Shown in pieces: positions 16,601-27,220 of a stretch of DNA of 64,000 nucleotides. Both the position numbers and the translations under genes were made by a program. The stretch lies in assembly GCA_051362555.1 (NCBI GenBank), contig CM120642.1, positions 31,062,001-31,126,000 of the forward strand. The letters run 5' to 3'. Numbering within the stretch: the first letter of the stretch is position 1; each line of letters begins with the position of its first letter. The notes below the pieces were generated by a model. It made no database searches and was not told the DNA's origin. It saw only the letters and a program-made list of their open reading frames with translations. This DNA is from Lingula anatina. Lineage: Eukaryota > Animalia > Brachiopoda.

Positions 16601-16964
16601 CATCAATTCTCTTATTGTTTTAGATATACTTATAAAGCAGAAATGCCTATGTCTCGAAATATACACATGTTATTTTTCGTCAATGTGATAACTCAGCCAT
16701 CACTGTCAGGACTGACACTTTGAATTTTTAGTACTACAGATACTAGGTGTAAGCTCCTTGTTTTCAATGCTACTTCTACTACCACTCTCTGAGACAGACA
16801 AAAACAAGCAATTCACTTCATCATGACACCAAACCTAAAAATACAAAATAATTCTTTCTTGGACAATTCATACTTCTTCACAATGTACTACGCATTGTCT
16901 AATATTATCAAGTAATAAAACTGTCTTGAAATCTTCAAGCACACTTTCAATAAAATTATTCATA

Positions 16965-17588
16965 TTAACTGCAGCAACCATCTTTTTTCCCAGCGCTTCT
17001 ATTTCTCTGTGCCCTCAGGTCCACTACACCATCGTGGTTTATTTTAGCCTCAAAGTTGGCTTCTAATTGCACCACTCTTTGAACAGCCCACAGAAAGGCC
17101 TTGTCCACATTCGTAGAGTCCTTGGCGCTTGTTTCATAATATGGGAGTTTCCCATTCTGTTGACACCATACTTTAGCGTCACCTTCCATCACTTCTCGGT
17201 GTTCAACATCCACTTTATTACCCAGTACCACAAATGGAAAACTGTCCGCGTCCTGAACGTCAGCGTAATAAAGGAATTCCTTCATCCACATTGCTAAATT
17301 CTTAAAACTCTGAACATCATCCACTGCAAAAGTTAGCAGGCAACAGTCTGCTCCTCGGTAAAATGGTGTCCGTAAACTTTTAAAACGTTCCTGGCCAGCC
17401 GTGTCCCAAATCTGCATTGTGTATGTCTCCCCATCCAATACGACGTCCTTGTTTAGGAACTCTACTCCTATGGTATGGAATGATTGAGCATCAAATTTGT
17501 TACTGACAAAACGGTTCATTAACGAAGACTTCCCGACACCTCCATCTCCAAGAAGGACCACCTTTAGTAATTTCGGTTTACCTGCCAT
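16965..17588 (-). CDS. RAB9: Ras-related protein Rab-9, 207 aa, intronless CDS
   Basis: LLKVVLLGDGGVGKSSLMNRFV, FHTIGVEFLNK, WDTAGQERFKSLRTPFYRGADCC, GNKVD, ETSAK and C-terminal CCS prenylation motif. A 5'UTR intron is predicted from the donor at 20410 to the acceptor at 17788. Confidence 0.97.
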   Translation of the reverse strand: MAGKPKLLKVVLLGDGGVGKSSLMNRFVSNKFDAQSFHTIGVEFLNKDVVLDGETYTMQIWDTAGQERFKSLRTPFYRGADCCLLTFAVDDVQSFKNLAMWMKEFLYYADVQDADSFPFVVLGNKVDVEHREVMEGDAKVWCQQNGKLPYYETSAKDSTNVDKAFLWAVQRVVQLEANFEAKINHDGVVDLRAQRNRSAGKKDGCCS

Positions 17589-18624
17589 AACTGCTATAAG
17601 TTTTTATTTTCCAAGAATTCAACCTTGGTCCTCAAGATATTTTGAGTACTTCACTTGCTTCTAATTTGTTTGTAATCCAGATTTTTTCTGTTATTTCTTT
17701 TGTTCTGAGGTCCTTTTTTTTTACATTTCTCAGTCTACATCCAGTGCAATAGGAGGAAGGTCAATAAATAGGCTGAGCAATTTCTACCTGAAAAATAAAA
17801 TAAAATATAACCATAAAGTACTGTGTATATCACATCTTTACTAATTACAGAGCTCTTAAATGTGAATTCATATCAAAATCATTTTAATTACATTTTCAAC
17901 CTTTTAAAGAATAAAGAAAACAAAAACATCATTACATATTATATGTGCACATGAATAATTGTTCACAGGTCAACTGAAAATGTTATCAAACCATATTAAT
18001 TATTTACTAAACCCCAAGATTGCATACTTTTTACCTTCCCATTCCTTTATCTTATTGTGGAGTCATGTGCTTCTGTACAGGCATATAAAAAATACCTGGC
18101 CCATCTGACCAAAAAGACAATTTATGCACTGCACAGTATTACTGTACTATATAAACATGTCAAAATGCAGTCACTGTCAAGTCATGTGCTATTTAGTTCC
18201 AGAATCACATACTCCTTTTGGTGACATTCAACAGAGTATTTACTAGTTATTTCACAATTGTATTTTAACTATGTTAAATATGATTAATTGAAAAACTAGG
18301 TTTGTCTCATTCTTTTGATTATTTAACAATATGACAGTTATGCCTGACTACAGTCATTTAAGAGAGTGAACATTTTCTGCAATGCACTGGGTATGCAGCA
18401 ATTGAATGAAAAATTACGACTTAATTTTTAATATGGGAATGCCACACTGCAGTCAAAACTTGGAAGCCGATGTGCTGTTTCGGTATATGAATTTTTTAAA
18501 AATGGTACTGGACCTCTAAGTAGACAAATAAGGTTGGGAATAGTGGCTTACACATACTCATTACTCAGTGCTTCTTTAATGCAGGACTCTCTGACATTGC
18601 ATTACGTTGTTTCATTAGAAACCA

Positions 18625-18751
18625 GGGGCCATATTCTTAAAAGGTTATAACTTTATCCTTGTAACTGTTCACGTAAGTCTGATTGTTCACATATGTTGGC
18701 ATTCTTGAAGATTTGTTTAAAAAAGTTTAAAAGTTTTGAGAATAAAGCCCA
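18625..18751. mobile_element. Short degraded Harbinger-type MITE
   Basis: Imperfect inverted ends GGGGCCATATTCTTAAAA and TTTTGAGAATAAAGCCC, with CAG close to both sides. Confidence 0.45.
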
Positions 18752-19196
18752 CAGAGTCAAGTGCCAGGGATGTGCTACTGTGGGCTCCATACTAGTAGCT
18801 CACAGTCCTATGTAATCCAGGAAACTTGGCAACTACTAGCATCATTTACATACATTTGACACAATTATTGATAGCACATGTACCCCCAATACACTCCCTT
18901 TGATATCACATGCTAAGTTCACATACACCCCAGTACCATTAAAGCATATATAAACAATATTGATCTTTGGAGACAGACCTATATCACATTCCTAGCAACT
19001 CTAATGAGATGTCAATGCATGTAGTGACATATACCTGGTATTCTTACAATATAACTTGCCAGGTAAAACAAGTACAACAATGGCAACTCAGTGAGTCAGA
19101 GTCACACTGTGATCTTCAAGTAAGCTACCAGTAGGCTAGCAGTACTTACAACATCCTACATACAGATTGCTGCCAATTTACTAAGATCTGTAGGCA

Positions 19197-19198
<2 letters not shown>

Positions 19199-19237
<39 letters not shown>
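19199..19237. repeat. Poly-G homopolymer (39 nt)
   Basis: Uninterrupted G run in the Rab9 5'UTR intron. Confidence 0.97.
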
Positions 19238-19238
<1 letters not shown>

Positions 19239-20494
19239 ATTTGAAAGAACAGGGCTTTTGGCCAGAGAAGGTCTGCCTTAATTGGATAATTGAACAAGGT
19301 TGTGATGCCAAGATGGGTCAAATAAGGGCATAAAAGGGTATGCTGCTGCAGAAAAAGACTCCCCTTCCCTTTGATATGCTAACTATATATCAGACCTCGC
19401 TGTCCAAAAAAGTAATAATAATAATAAATAATAATAGATGAAACTAAAAGCCATGAAAGGTATTTCTATCTTCTATGCCATTATAAAATAACTGTTCAAT
19501 AATTTCAGTTAAACATACCACACATTTTCCACAAGTCACCAACAGAATTCTCTCTCAGTATTTTCCCTTTTCTTCACACTTGTTTTTGTACTATCTGAGC
19601 CATTACGTACATGTAAATTCACAAACACTACAAGTGGAATTTTCAGTTTTAAATACTGTTTCCACCCCAGTCTGAGATAAATGATGACTTATCGTCAATC
19701 TCAAATTTCACTAGTGTACACTGTAACAGCTAGAGTGCTTCACTATATTAATAACCATTACTAAGATCTGTTAGTGTCAAAGTTTGAGTGACCACAATGT
19801 ACTTATACAGCCCATCATGGTGACTCAAGATCTTGTGTGAGGATGCAACTCTCAGTATCACGGTTACAATTGTGTATGTACACTTAAATCAATGATGTTA
19901 CAGTCTTGAACTTCCCACTTTCTAACATGGTGACGGTAATATACAGTATAGTGTAACATATACATGTAGTGTAGCACTGGCACTGTGTGGTAGATATAGT
20001 GATACATATATGTGGCGGTATTAGACACCGAGCAGTAGATGTACTAGAACAGTGTACTGTGCCTGTACCCCTGTACCCAGTTCTACTTTTGAATTTCAAC
20101 CATGACTGCATTTTATGAATATATATGCTTCATTCCAAACTGCATGAGACTTATACTTGACTTAACCTGTGTTCAAAGTAACTGCCAGAGTTCTACTGGA
20201 GTACTAGTTTTACAACAGTACACGAAAGTCCCCGAGACTAAAACCATCAATATAATGTACGCGTACGTACAGTATCCCAGGTCAGTTAATGAGTTACTTA
20301 ACTGTGTAATTTTAATTGACCGTTAACGTGTCAACTCCGTAATTGCCTAACGTATATCAACATTAAAAGACGACCTTCAAAAGTATCTCTGGCCTAAACA
20401 AGATACTCACGTTCTATATAAACAGACGAATAATCTGTCGATTGTAAGAGCTCTCATTTGGTCGCTTCCGCATCATTATTATCTCTGCACAGTA

Positions 20495-20545
20495 TGATCG
20501 TGACAACATGGAGGCGGAGTGTCATCATGTGACTGCCATGTGACG
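20495..20545 (-). promoter_or_regulatory. Rab9 proximal promoter with tandem M-box/CLEAR-like E-boxes
   Basis: TCATGTGAC (20525-20533) and CCATGTGAC (20536-20544) lie just upstream of the predicted first exon, which ends at 20411. Confidence 0.55.
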
Positions 20546-21986
20546 TTGATTCTGATTGCTACAGTTGAGACGGAGCGTATACTGTGCTAAAGGAAGGACT
20601 GCGAATCCGTTGTTATGTTGTCTTAGATCCGAAATGTAACGAAAATGTAACTTGTTTCCGCTAAAAAGAAAACATAAGAAAAGAGAAAGAAAGAAAGAAA
20701 GAAATCATTGTTTGATTTAATTCAATACAATTCACGGATCTATCTAATCTATTCCGGTACATGTGATATGACTGTTACCCGTTCTTTAATAATGGAATTA
20801 TAACTAGGGGTCCCTACCTCACCAATTTGTTTCACTTCAATGAAAGGACAGAAAGGCGGCGTGGGAAAAGAGATGAAGACGAGTAAATTTTATCGAACGT
20901 AAATCCGTTAATTTAAGGTTAATCAAACTTCATCAATCGTTTAAAAGCTTTTAAATGTATGTAGGCCTAGGCCTACTATGAAAGGTACCTTAATTAACGC
21001 TGGGTTGTTCTATGAAGTAATGGAATTGAACGATTTAACATTATTGAACGATCATACTCACCAAAATGAAGTATTTCATTTAAAAATATCAACCCTATAT
21101 GCACTAGTGTCAGCTGTGAAAATAATGAGAAATTTTGAGTATATAAGTTCATCAATTATTTAAACAAGGGGACAAAGCTTAGGCCCTACATCCCGATTGT
21201 GGTTTTTTAGCACTCATTCATCTTTAAGAACAAACTTTGGAAAATATGTATGTTCAGAACACATACAAAATTTCTAAAAGAGACCAGTAGACCACCATAA
21301 TGTTGGATTAAGGAATGGACTTAAATTGCTAGAAAACCTAGTTATTAAGTATTACTGGCAATCATATTCATGTAGATAGTTTGTCGCTTGTCACCACTAA
21401 GTATTTTTTAATACAACATGATTAATTCTGAAATTACATCGGAATTGTATACTTAAAGACTAGTTACAAACAGTCTATGGCAGAAGGCAATCAAAAGACA
21501 CCCTGACGTTCCAAACAGAAATTATCGCGCGTCTCTGTTAAAATTCAATACAGTGGGGAGGACCGAATTTTACTTTTATTCTCTTATTTTTATATAGAAA
21601 TATTTTAATAGAAAATGGCATTTCATGGATCTGGTATTGCAACGATTTAGAAATTAAAACGAACGTCCGTGTGCCTGCTCACTCGTCTACGTGTACGTCA
21701 GTTGGGCTTTTTAATTAAAAGATTAATTCATTTATTTATTAATCAATTTATTTTAAAAAACTTGATGGCGAAAAGCATTTGATCTGCGGCGTTCAATCTC
21801 TTCATTGTTGCCAAACTAGTCTGAAAATAGACATTGTTCACAAAACTCGGGGTACAAAACCACCTTCAGTTGGCCTCTAGTCTGACTAAGTCATTATGAG
21901 ACATAGTCATATATGTTAAATGTGAAATGTTAATTGAATTTCTATTAGATGCGCATTGTTTAATGGCATTGACTGTGAACAAACAG

Positions 21987-22043
21987 TATATAAGCAGACC
22001 CCCCATTCCTCGAAAGCATATTTGCTTGTGAAGAATATACAAG
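21987..22043 (+). promoter_or_regulatory. TATA box and short non-coding first exon of the cysteine-rich protein gene
   Basis: TATATAAG at 21987-21994, a consensus donor AAG|GTGAGT at 22043/22044, and a matching acceptor at 22813. Confidence 0.6.
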
Positions 22044-22228
22044 GTGAGTGAAGATCTGAAATTTTATTTTTCTGAATTTAACCACATTCACAGACTTGGC
22101 TTTTCAGTCCGGTGTACACTGCTAAGTACTGGCTGAGCTATCGACCTTAGCGAGGATTGAGTCTCAGATTAGGTTTTCTGACTGCAAACAAAAGAAATGC
22201 TTGAATTTCGTTTATGTTCAAGACTTAG

Positions 22229-22537
22229 GGTGCGCTCACAATGAATGTATCGTACTAGCTAGTGCACACTATCTCCCCGGGTACTCTCGCTGAATGCAAT
22301 CAGATCAATAGGTTAACACTTCTCCTCCTAGCTTTGAGTAAAATACATGTACAGAAAAGCTGGTGAACATACGAGTACGTTTTCATATACAAAAAAAAAA
22401 AAAAAAGCTGGTGATTATACGAGTAGGCCTACGTATGCGTTGGAAACAAGGAGGGGCGTGTTTATCTGTTGGTCAGGGAGAATCCCAGCTGAGTTTGTGC
22501 ACACTAGATGGTACGAAACATTCATTGTAAACGCACC
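22229..22537. mobile_element. MITE with about 40-bp imperfect TIRs (PIF/Harbinger-like)
   Basis: Left end GGTGCGCTCACAATGAATGTATCGTACTAGCTAGTG matches the reverse complement of the right end, GGTGCGTTTACAATGAATGTTTCGTACCATCTAGTG. The interior CTCTCGCTGAATGCAATCAG is shared with the 58.2-kb element. Confidence 0.8.
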
Positions 22538-22826
22538 AATCAAATAAAGATCGACTGCTGAACGTGGACAAGATACTTGAAGCTCAGCTGGTATACGGCA
22601 GTTTGCGTCGGACTGCAGGCTACGAACAAGATACACTTTTTTCTTCTTTAGTACATAAGGAAAATGTCATGAATTATGGCACGGTTGTATAAAACATTCA
22701 AATCAAGAGTTTGCTCGCTTTCTATCTGAGAATCTACAAAAATATTAATATATCGGCATCATTTAACTGAAATTATAAGGTTAATAAACAACTTTTCGGC
22801 ATTTTACATACAGCTGCAAATTAAAC

Positions 22827-23749
22827 ATGTTCCGCTGTGTGTGTGTACTGGCGTTGGTGGCCGCAGTTGCAAGTGTCAGCCCCCCGGGGTGTGGCTGGAA
22901 GATCAGAACAGATGGCACACTTGACTGTTGTGAGCAAATTGGGGACTGCGCGTGCTTCATACCGGAGGGTAAGTGAACTGTTGCAAGATCTTGTAATACT
23001 TTATTGAATGTCGGATTATTTATATTAAGAGGAAGAAATTATTTGCTCGGTTAAATAATTGGTTGGTGTTGGAGGTGAGAGCGAATGACACTAATTATCC
23101 TCTATACCAGGCCACGGAGAGAATTTTTGCACTACATATATTTACAAAAATTATGTCAAAAATTACATGCACATTTCTGAGAACAGCGAAATATTTTGCA
23201 CAGAATTGACGTAATCATTCAGCTGGCCCCTGGTAGAGACTAGAGCAGTATTTATTTCATATTATATTATTTTTTCACTCATAGGCTCCTCTTGGCCCGC
23301 CGACAAGCCCACCCCCATTTGTGGCGCAGAGCCACCAGGTTGCACGTGGCAACTGAAACCCAACGGTAAACTGAAGTGTTGCATAAACCGGCCCGACTGC
23401 GCATGCTTCATACCGAACGGTAAGCAACACAAGCATGTGACCTTTTTCACATAGGACGGTGCAGCTCTGTATCGCACCAGTTTTAAATTAATTGCCTGGG
23501 TAATACCTAATAGAGTCACCTCAACCAATGAGCTCACCCGCATTCGGCACGGTCAGTTAACTGGATTCATTTAGATTGGCTATGTTAATTTGGGGATTGT
23601 GAAAGTGGTTAACCCTAACCTACACCCCTACCCCCCCTCCTCCCCGCCCCCCCCCCCCCCCTCCCTTTGTAGGATCAAACTGGTGCGTCTCAGAAAACTG
23701 CCCCGCTCGATGTGAAAATGACCACATACAAACCACCCACAGAACGTAG
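22827..23749 (+). CDS. Small secreted cysteine-rich protein with two tandem repeats, 117 aa, family not recognised
   Basis: Exons 22827-22968, 23285-23419 and 23673-23749 (donors GTAAGT and GTAAGC, both phase 1) give MFRCVCVLALVAAVASVSPPGCGWKIRTDGTLDCCEQIGDCACFIPEGSSWPADKPTPICGAEPPGCTWQLKPNGKLKCCINRPDCACFIPNGSNWCVSENCPARCENDHIQTTHRT*. It has a hydrophobic signal peptide and an internal repeat conserved at the amino-acid level. Confidence 0.88.
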
Positions 23750-25283
23750 ACATCTTTGGAAGCTTCAACTAGATACCATAAATATTGAAAGTAAAAGTTC
23801 TATTTCTTTCTTTTTTGTTTTTGTTTTATGGGCAGAATTAAGTAAAATGATTGTGTAATTAATTATGATTATAGAACTGAGATACACATATAACATTTCG
23901 CCTGGATGTTAGAAATTGCAGCATGTCAAACGAGATCAGACGTGAAGCTTTTTATGGAAATAGAACGTTTAAAATTGTCTGATGGTCTGTGAAAAAATCC
24001 AAAATGTATCTAGTGAAAATTTAAAGGATTTATTAAAGAGATGGAGAAAGTGTCAAAAACACACGAATATTCAGTTTTATGTTATTTATTTTTTTTTTCA
24101 ATTTCAAATGAATAAACAATACACTTTTACCGTTCATTGATCAGCCACTTTCCACGGCATTTCTATAAGACCAACATATAATAAACGGGAACATTTGTAA
24201 CAGACCTAGATTTAGAGGACTTAATTAGTTTCTCGTACCTATAGGTTTCGAATGGCCCGCTGATAAGCCTACGCCGTTATGTTGATCTGAACAATGGCAT
24301 AAGTACATATGACGACACAGTAGCCTTGTAAGTTTCTTTTTCCATTATCATTTAGATCTATTATTTATTTATTTATTTATTTATTTGTACACGTACGAAG
24401 TCAGGAAAATAAAGTCACGGCAACATTCTCATTGTGATCTATTGAGGCACTAGACGTAATTTTTATTCTAAATAATGATATTTCAAAGAATAGTGAAATT
24501 CTCTAAGTGATATATTATGGCTTCTGTTTTCTTATTTCAGTTTTCCTTGGGCACATGAGAACGGCAACACTCAGGACTTGGACATAATAACGTTTTATGT
24601 CCAGGCTCAGGAAAAAGATATATCATCATATGAAATGGCGATTAAGAAGACATAACAATCTGTGCGTTATTACAAAATAAAACTTTTAAGATTCGATGTT
24701 ATATTATCCTTTTTTCTTTCGATAAACACCATTTGGGTTTAACGTTTGTGTCTGCCATCTTACGGTGCAAAGATTATACAGTACAAAAAACACCAAAAAG
24801 ACTTCAAAGTAAAGGTAGTTTTAGAAAAAAACACTTGCTCGCTCTCAGAAATATAAGGTTTCGTCACGAGAAAAGGTGTTTTGCCTCTTCTAGGTTTTGA
24901 ATAAAGGTTGAACTTCGTTGCCTGATTTGATGGGATGTATATGATATTTGATCAAACAAAATTCGCATAAAACACACGTTTAGAAAATTTCAACGAATGG
25001 TGACACCATTTACTTGCAACCAGTGCATAACGAAAAAGGGTACCTCAAATAGAAACACAATACAACATAAAAAATATTCTAGATAATTTTTTACTTATTT
25101 CCTGATACCTCTCAGCCATATTACACTCATTTCCCACCCGTTACCACCCCTTCGCACCATTAAAATTTAAAATTTATCCAAAAATTATTCTCTTTAAACG
25201 CTGCTTCAAGTACATGTACGAGTGTAATGTGCACACCGGTAAGAGTAGCACCGTTCATTGAGAACCCTGTATTGCACAATTTG

Positions 25284-26798
25284 TCACAGTCCGCACATAC
25301 TTTTAAAGAGTAGATGCGCGAGCGTCTTCCCCACTTCTCCCACGGTATGATCAAAGTGACCCCACTTCCTGCATAAGTAATGACAGCCGCAGTGATTTTC
25401 ATAATACAAAGGGCGTGTGACGTGTAAAGAATCTATGACGTCAACATCTACGTCACGCAGCTTGGCTTCCATCCAAGCGTTTGCTGCGGAAGAGATGGGG
25501 TTACTACGAAATCCTGCCTGTGTTACACCTCGCGGATAAGCTATCTGCTGCATCCACAGAACCCTGCTCTTGCTCCAAAACGGATCCTGTTTAAAACTTT
25601 TCAGAGCGTTCGCCAACTTTTGTGAAGATTCTTCAAAGAACCCCATGGGTCCTCTCATCCAAAAATCCCACTGTCCAGTCATAAGGATAACAACGTCGTT
25701 TTGGGTTCGAACGCTACTCTGATCTTTAGTTAAGTTGACTAGTCTTTCTATGGTGGTATCGGGCCAGGGTGCCCACAGAATTGAGATCTTTGGTTCCGGA
25801 ATGTAGTCATAATGCCGGTGGTAGGTCACGTTCGCCATATTGTACCCTAAAAGTTCTATGAAATAATCCCCCGTGTTACGCAAATGGGAATCACCAATAA
25901 ATGTGATCGAGTTCAGTTTATTGTAACAGCGGGTCACCTCTCGCCGGGGCATGTAGTTAAATACACACCTGTCCTCTGTCCCCCACCGCCAACCATTTTG
26001 TGTTTTAAGCCAACGCCCACCGAGGTAGTCCTTTATAGTTTTATTTTGGCAGTGAGTTTGAGATATTTTGGCCAGTGAAGTGTCATTTAATGAGGCGATT
26101 TTCCTTGCTGTGTTATAGGGGGAGCACCACTGGAATTGCTTTAGTAGCTTGTTGAGCTCTGGCCTCACGTCGCCGTGGGATCTCTGTAAAAATGGTTCAA
26201 ACTCTAGGTACTGGAGAATAACCTTGACGTCAACACACCCGCTCACTAGGGGGCAGCACGCAGTGTAGTTTCCATCAAAACTGTCATGAACATCACACAG
26301 CACTTTCTCTTCTCCTTCTAAAGCAATTCGAAACGTGCTTCCGCCCTTGGTTGGCTGTTTCCCCTTGAATTCACGTATGTATAGCTTTAAATGTTTGCCA
26401 GATGTCTTGAAACGGATATTGTGCGAAAATTTATCTGAAAATAAGCTTCGATTACGGGTAATTTTTCTATATTGCTGATACACTATTTCATAATACTGAA
26501 ATATCCTGTCAAACTCTGCCTTCAGTTCAGCTAAAGTAGTATAATTAATATCTCGGTGATGCATTCCAAATGTTCTCCACGAATGAATGGCTTGATCAAG
26601 CTCACTGTTTTTGTAGGTCGAAACTTGGCAACCTTCAAAACCGTCTTTCGTTCTTGGTCGGTTGTAAGCTGCATCTACAGGGTTATGTTTGTAGTCTAAT
26701 GTAGAAACCAAGACAACCCCACCGCTCCGAAATACGTATAACAAGCCAACGCATACGAATCCAATTGCAATGAATACTTTGGCGTTCCAGCTTTTCAT
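25284..26798 (-). CDS. NXPE/PC-esterase-like SGNH-fold type II membrane protein (putative glycan O-acyltransferase/esterase), about 504 aa, single coding exon
   Basis: N-terminal TM anchor (VFIAIGFVCVGLLYV), Ig-like NXPE segment (KGGSTFRIAL...VHDSFDGNYTAC), GDS motif FIGDSHLRN, TGQWD and C-terminal CGCHY. A strong acceptor at 26804 suggests the true start is Met18 of the listed ORF (26798). Confidence 0.85.
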   Translation of the reverse strand: MKSWNAKVFIAIGFVCVGLLYVFRSGGVVLVSTLDYKHNPVDAAYNRPRTKDGFEGCQVSTYKNSELDQAIHSWRTFGMHHRDINYTTLAELKAEFDRIFQYYEIVYQQYRKITRNRSLFSDKFSHNIRFKTSGKHLKLYIREFKGKQPTKGGSTFRIALEGEEKVLCDVHDSFDGNYTACCPLVSGCVDVKVILQYLEFEPFLQRSHGDVRPELNKLLKQFQWCSPYNTARKIASLNDTSLAKISQTHCQNKTIKDYLGGRWLKTQNGWRWGTEDRCVFNYMPRREVTRCYNKLNSITFIGDSHLRNTGDYFIELLGYNMANVTYHRHYDYIPEPKISILWAPWPDTTIERLVNLTKDQSSVRTQNDVVILMTGQWDFWMRGPMGFFEESSQKLANALKSFKQDPFWSKSRVLWMQQIAYPRGVTQAGFRSNPISSAANAWMEAKLRDVDVDVIDSLHVTRPLYYENHCGCHYLCRKWGHFDHTVGEVGKTLAHLLFKSMCGL

Positions 26799-27007
26799 CG
26801 TTCCTGGAAAATAAGGACACCAAAAGTAAACTAATCTTTTCACCTGCATAAGTTATAATTTTTTCGTAATGTCGATTCAATGAACTAAACAAACATACTT
26901 TGATTTTAGATACCTAGGTTTTAAGCGTAAAATTCCACAGTACGTACATGTACGCATTAACGCCAGATAACTCGACTTGTCGCGCAAGACGAGTAATATA
27001 AGGGGGC

Positions 27008-27220
27008 TTTCCCAGAGTTTTAGATCGATCTAAAGATTAAGTTTTAGATCGACCTAACTCCCTGGGGGTTCAGGCTAAATTGCAGTCAGCCGAGCGGACA
27101 CCATAGTTAATTACCCCCTTACAGCTTTTAGTAGGCGGGACAGACGCTTAAGCCGGCCAAGCTGACAGTAATCTAGTGAGACTCCCCACAGGAATAGATC
27201 GATCTAAAAATCTATGGAAA
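27008..27220. mobile_element. MITE with AGATCGATCT-containing inverted ends
   Basis: TTTCCCAGAGTTTTAGATCGATCT versus AGATCGATCTAAAAATCTATGGAAA; related to the elements at 7.5, 47.1 and 58.2 kb. Confidence 0.7.

Noticed and set aside
16965-17588. Intronless Rab9 CDS as a retrocopy
   Set aside because: It has a 5'UTR intron, its own promoter and an intact frame, and a single coding exon is usual for Rab9 genes.
19199-19237. Poly-G tract as a functional G-quadruplex
   Set aside because: Similar G/C homopolymers occur elsewhere in the window (23.6, 27.9 and 63.6 kb) and their lengths are unreliable in assemblies.
26799-26849. First 17 codons of the 521-aa NXPE-like ORF
   Set aside because: They overlap a strong polypyrimidine tract and acceptor (CCTTATTTTCCAG), so most of this stretch is probably intronic.
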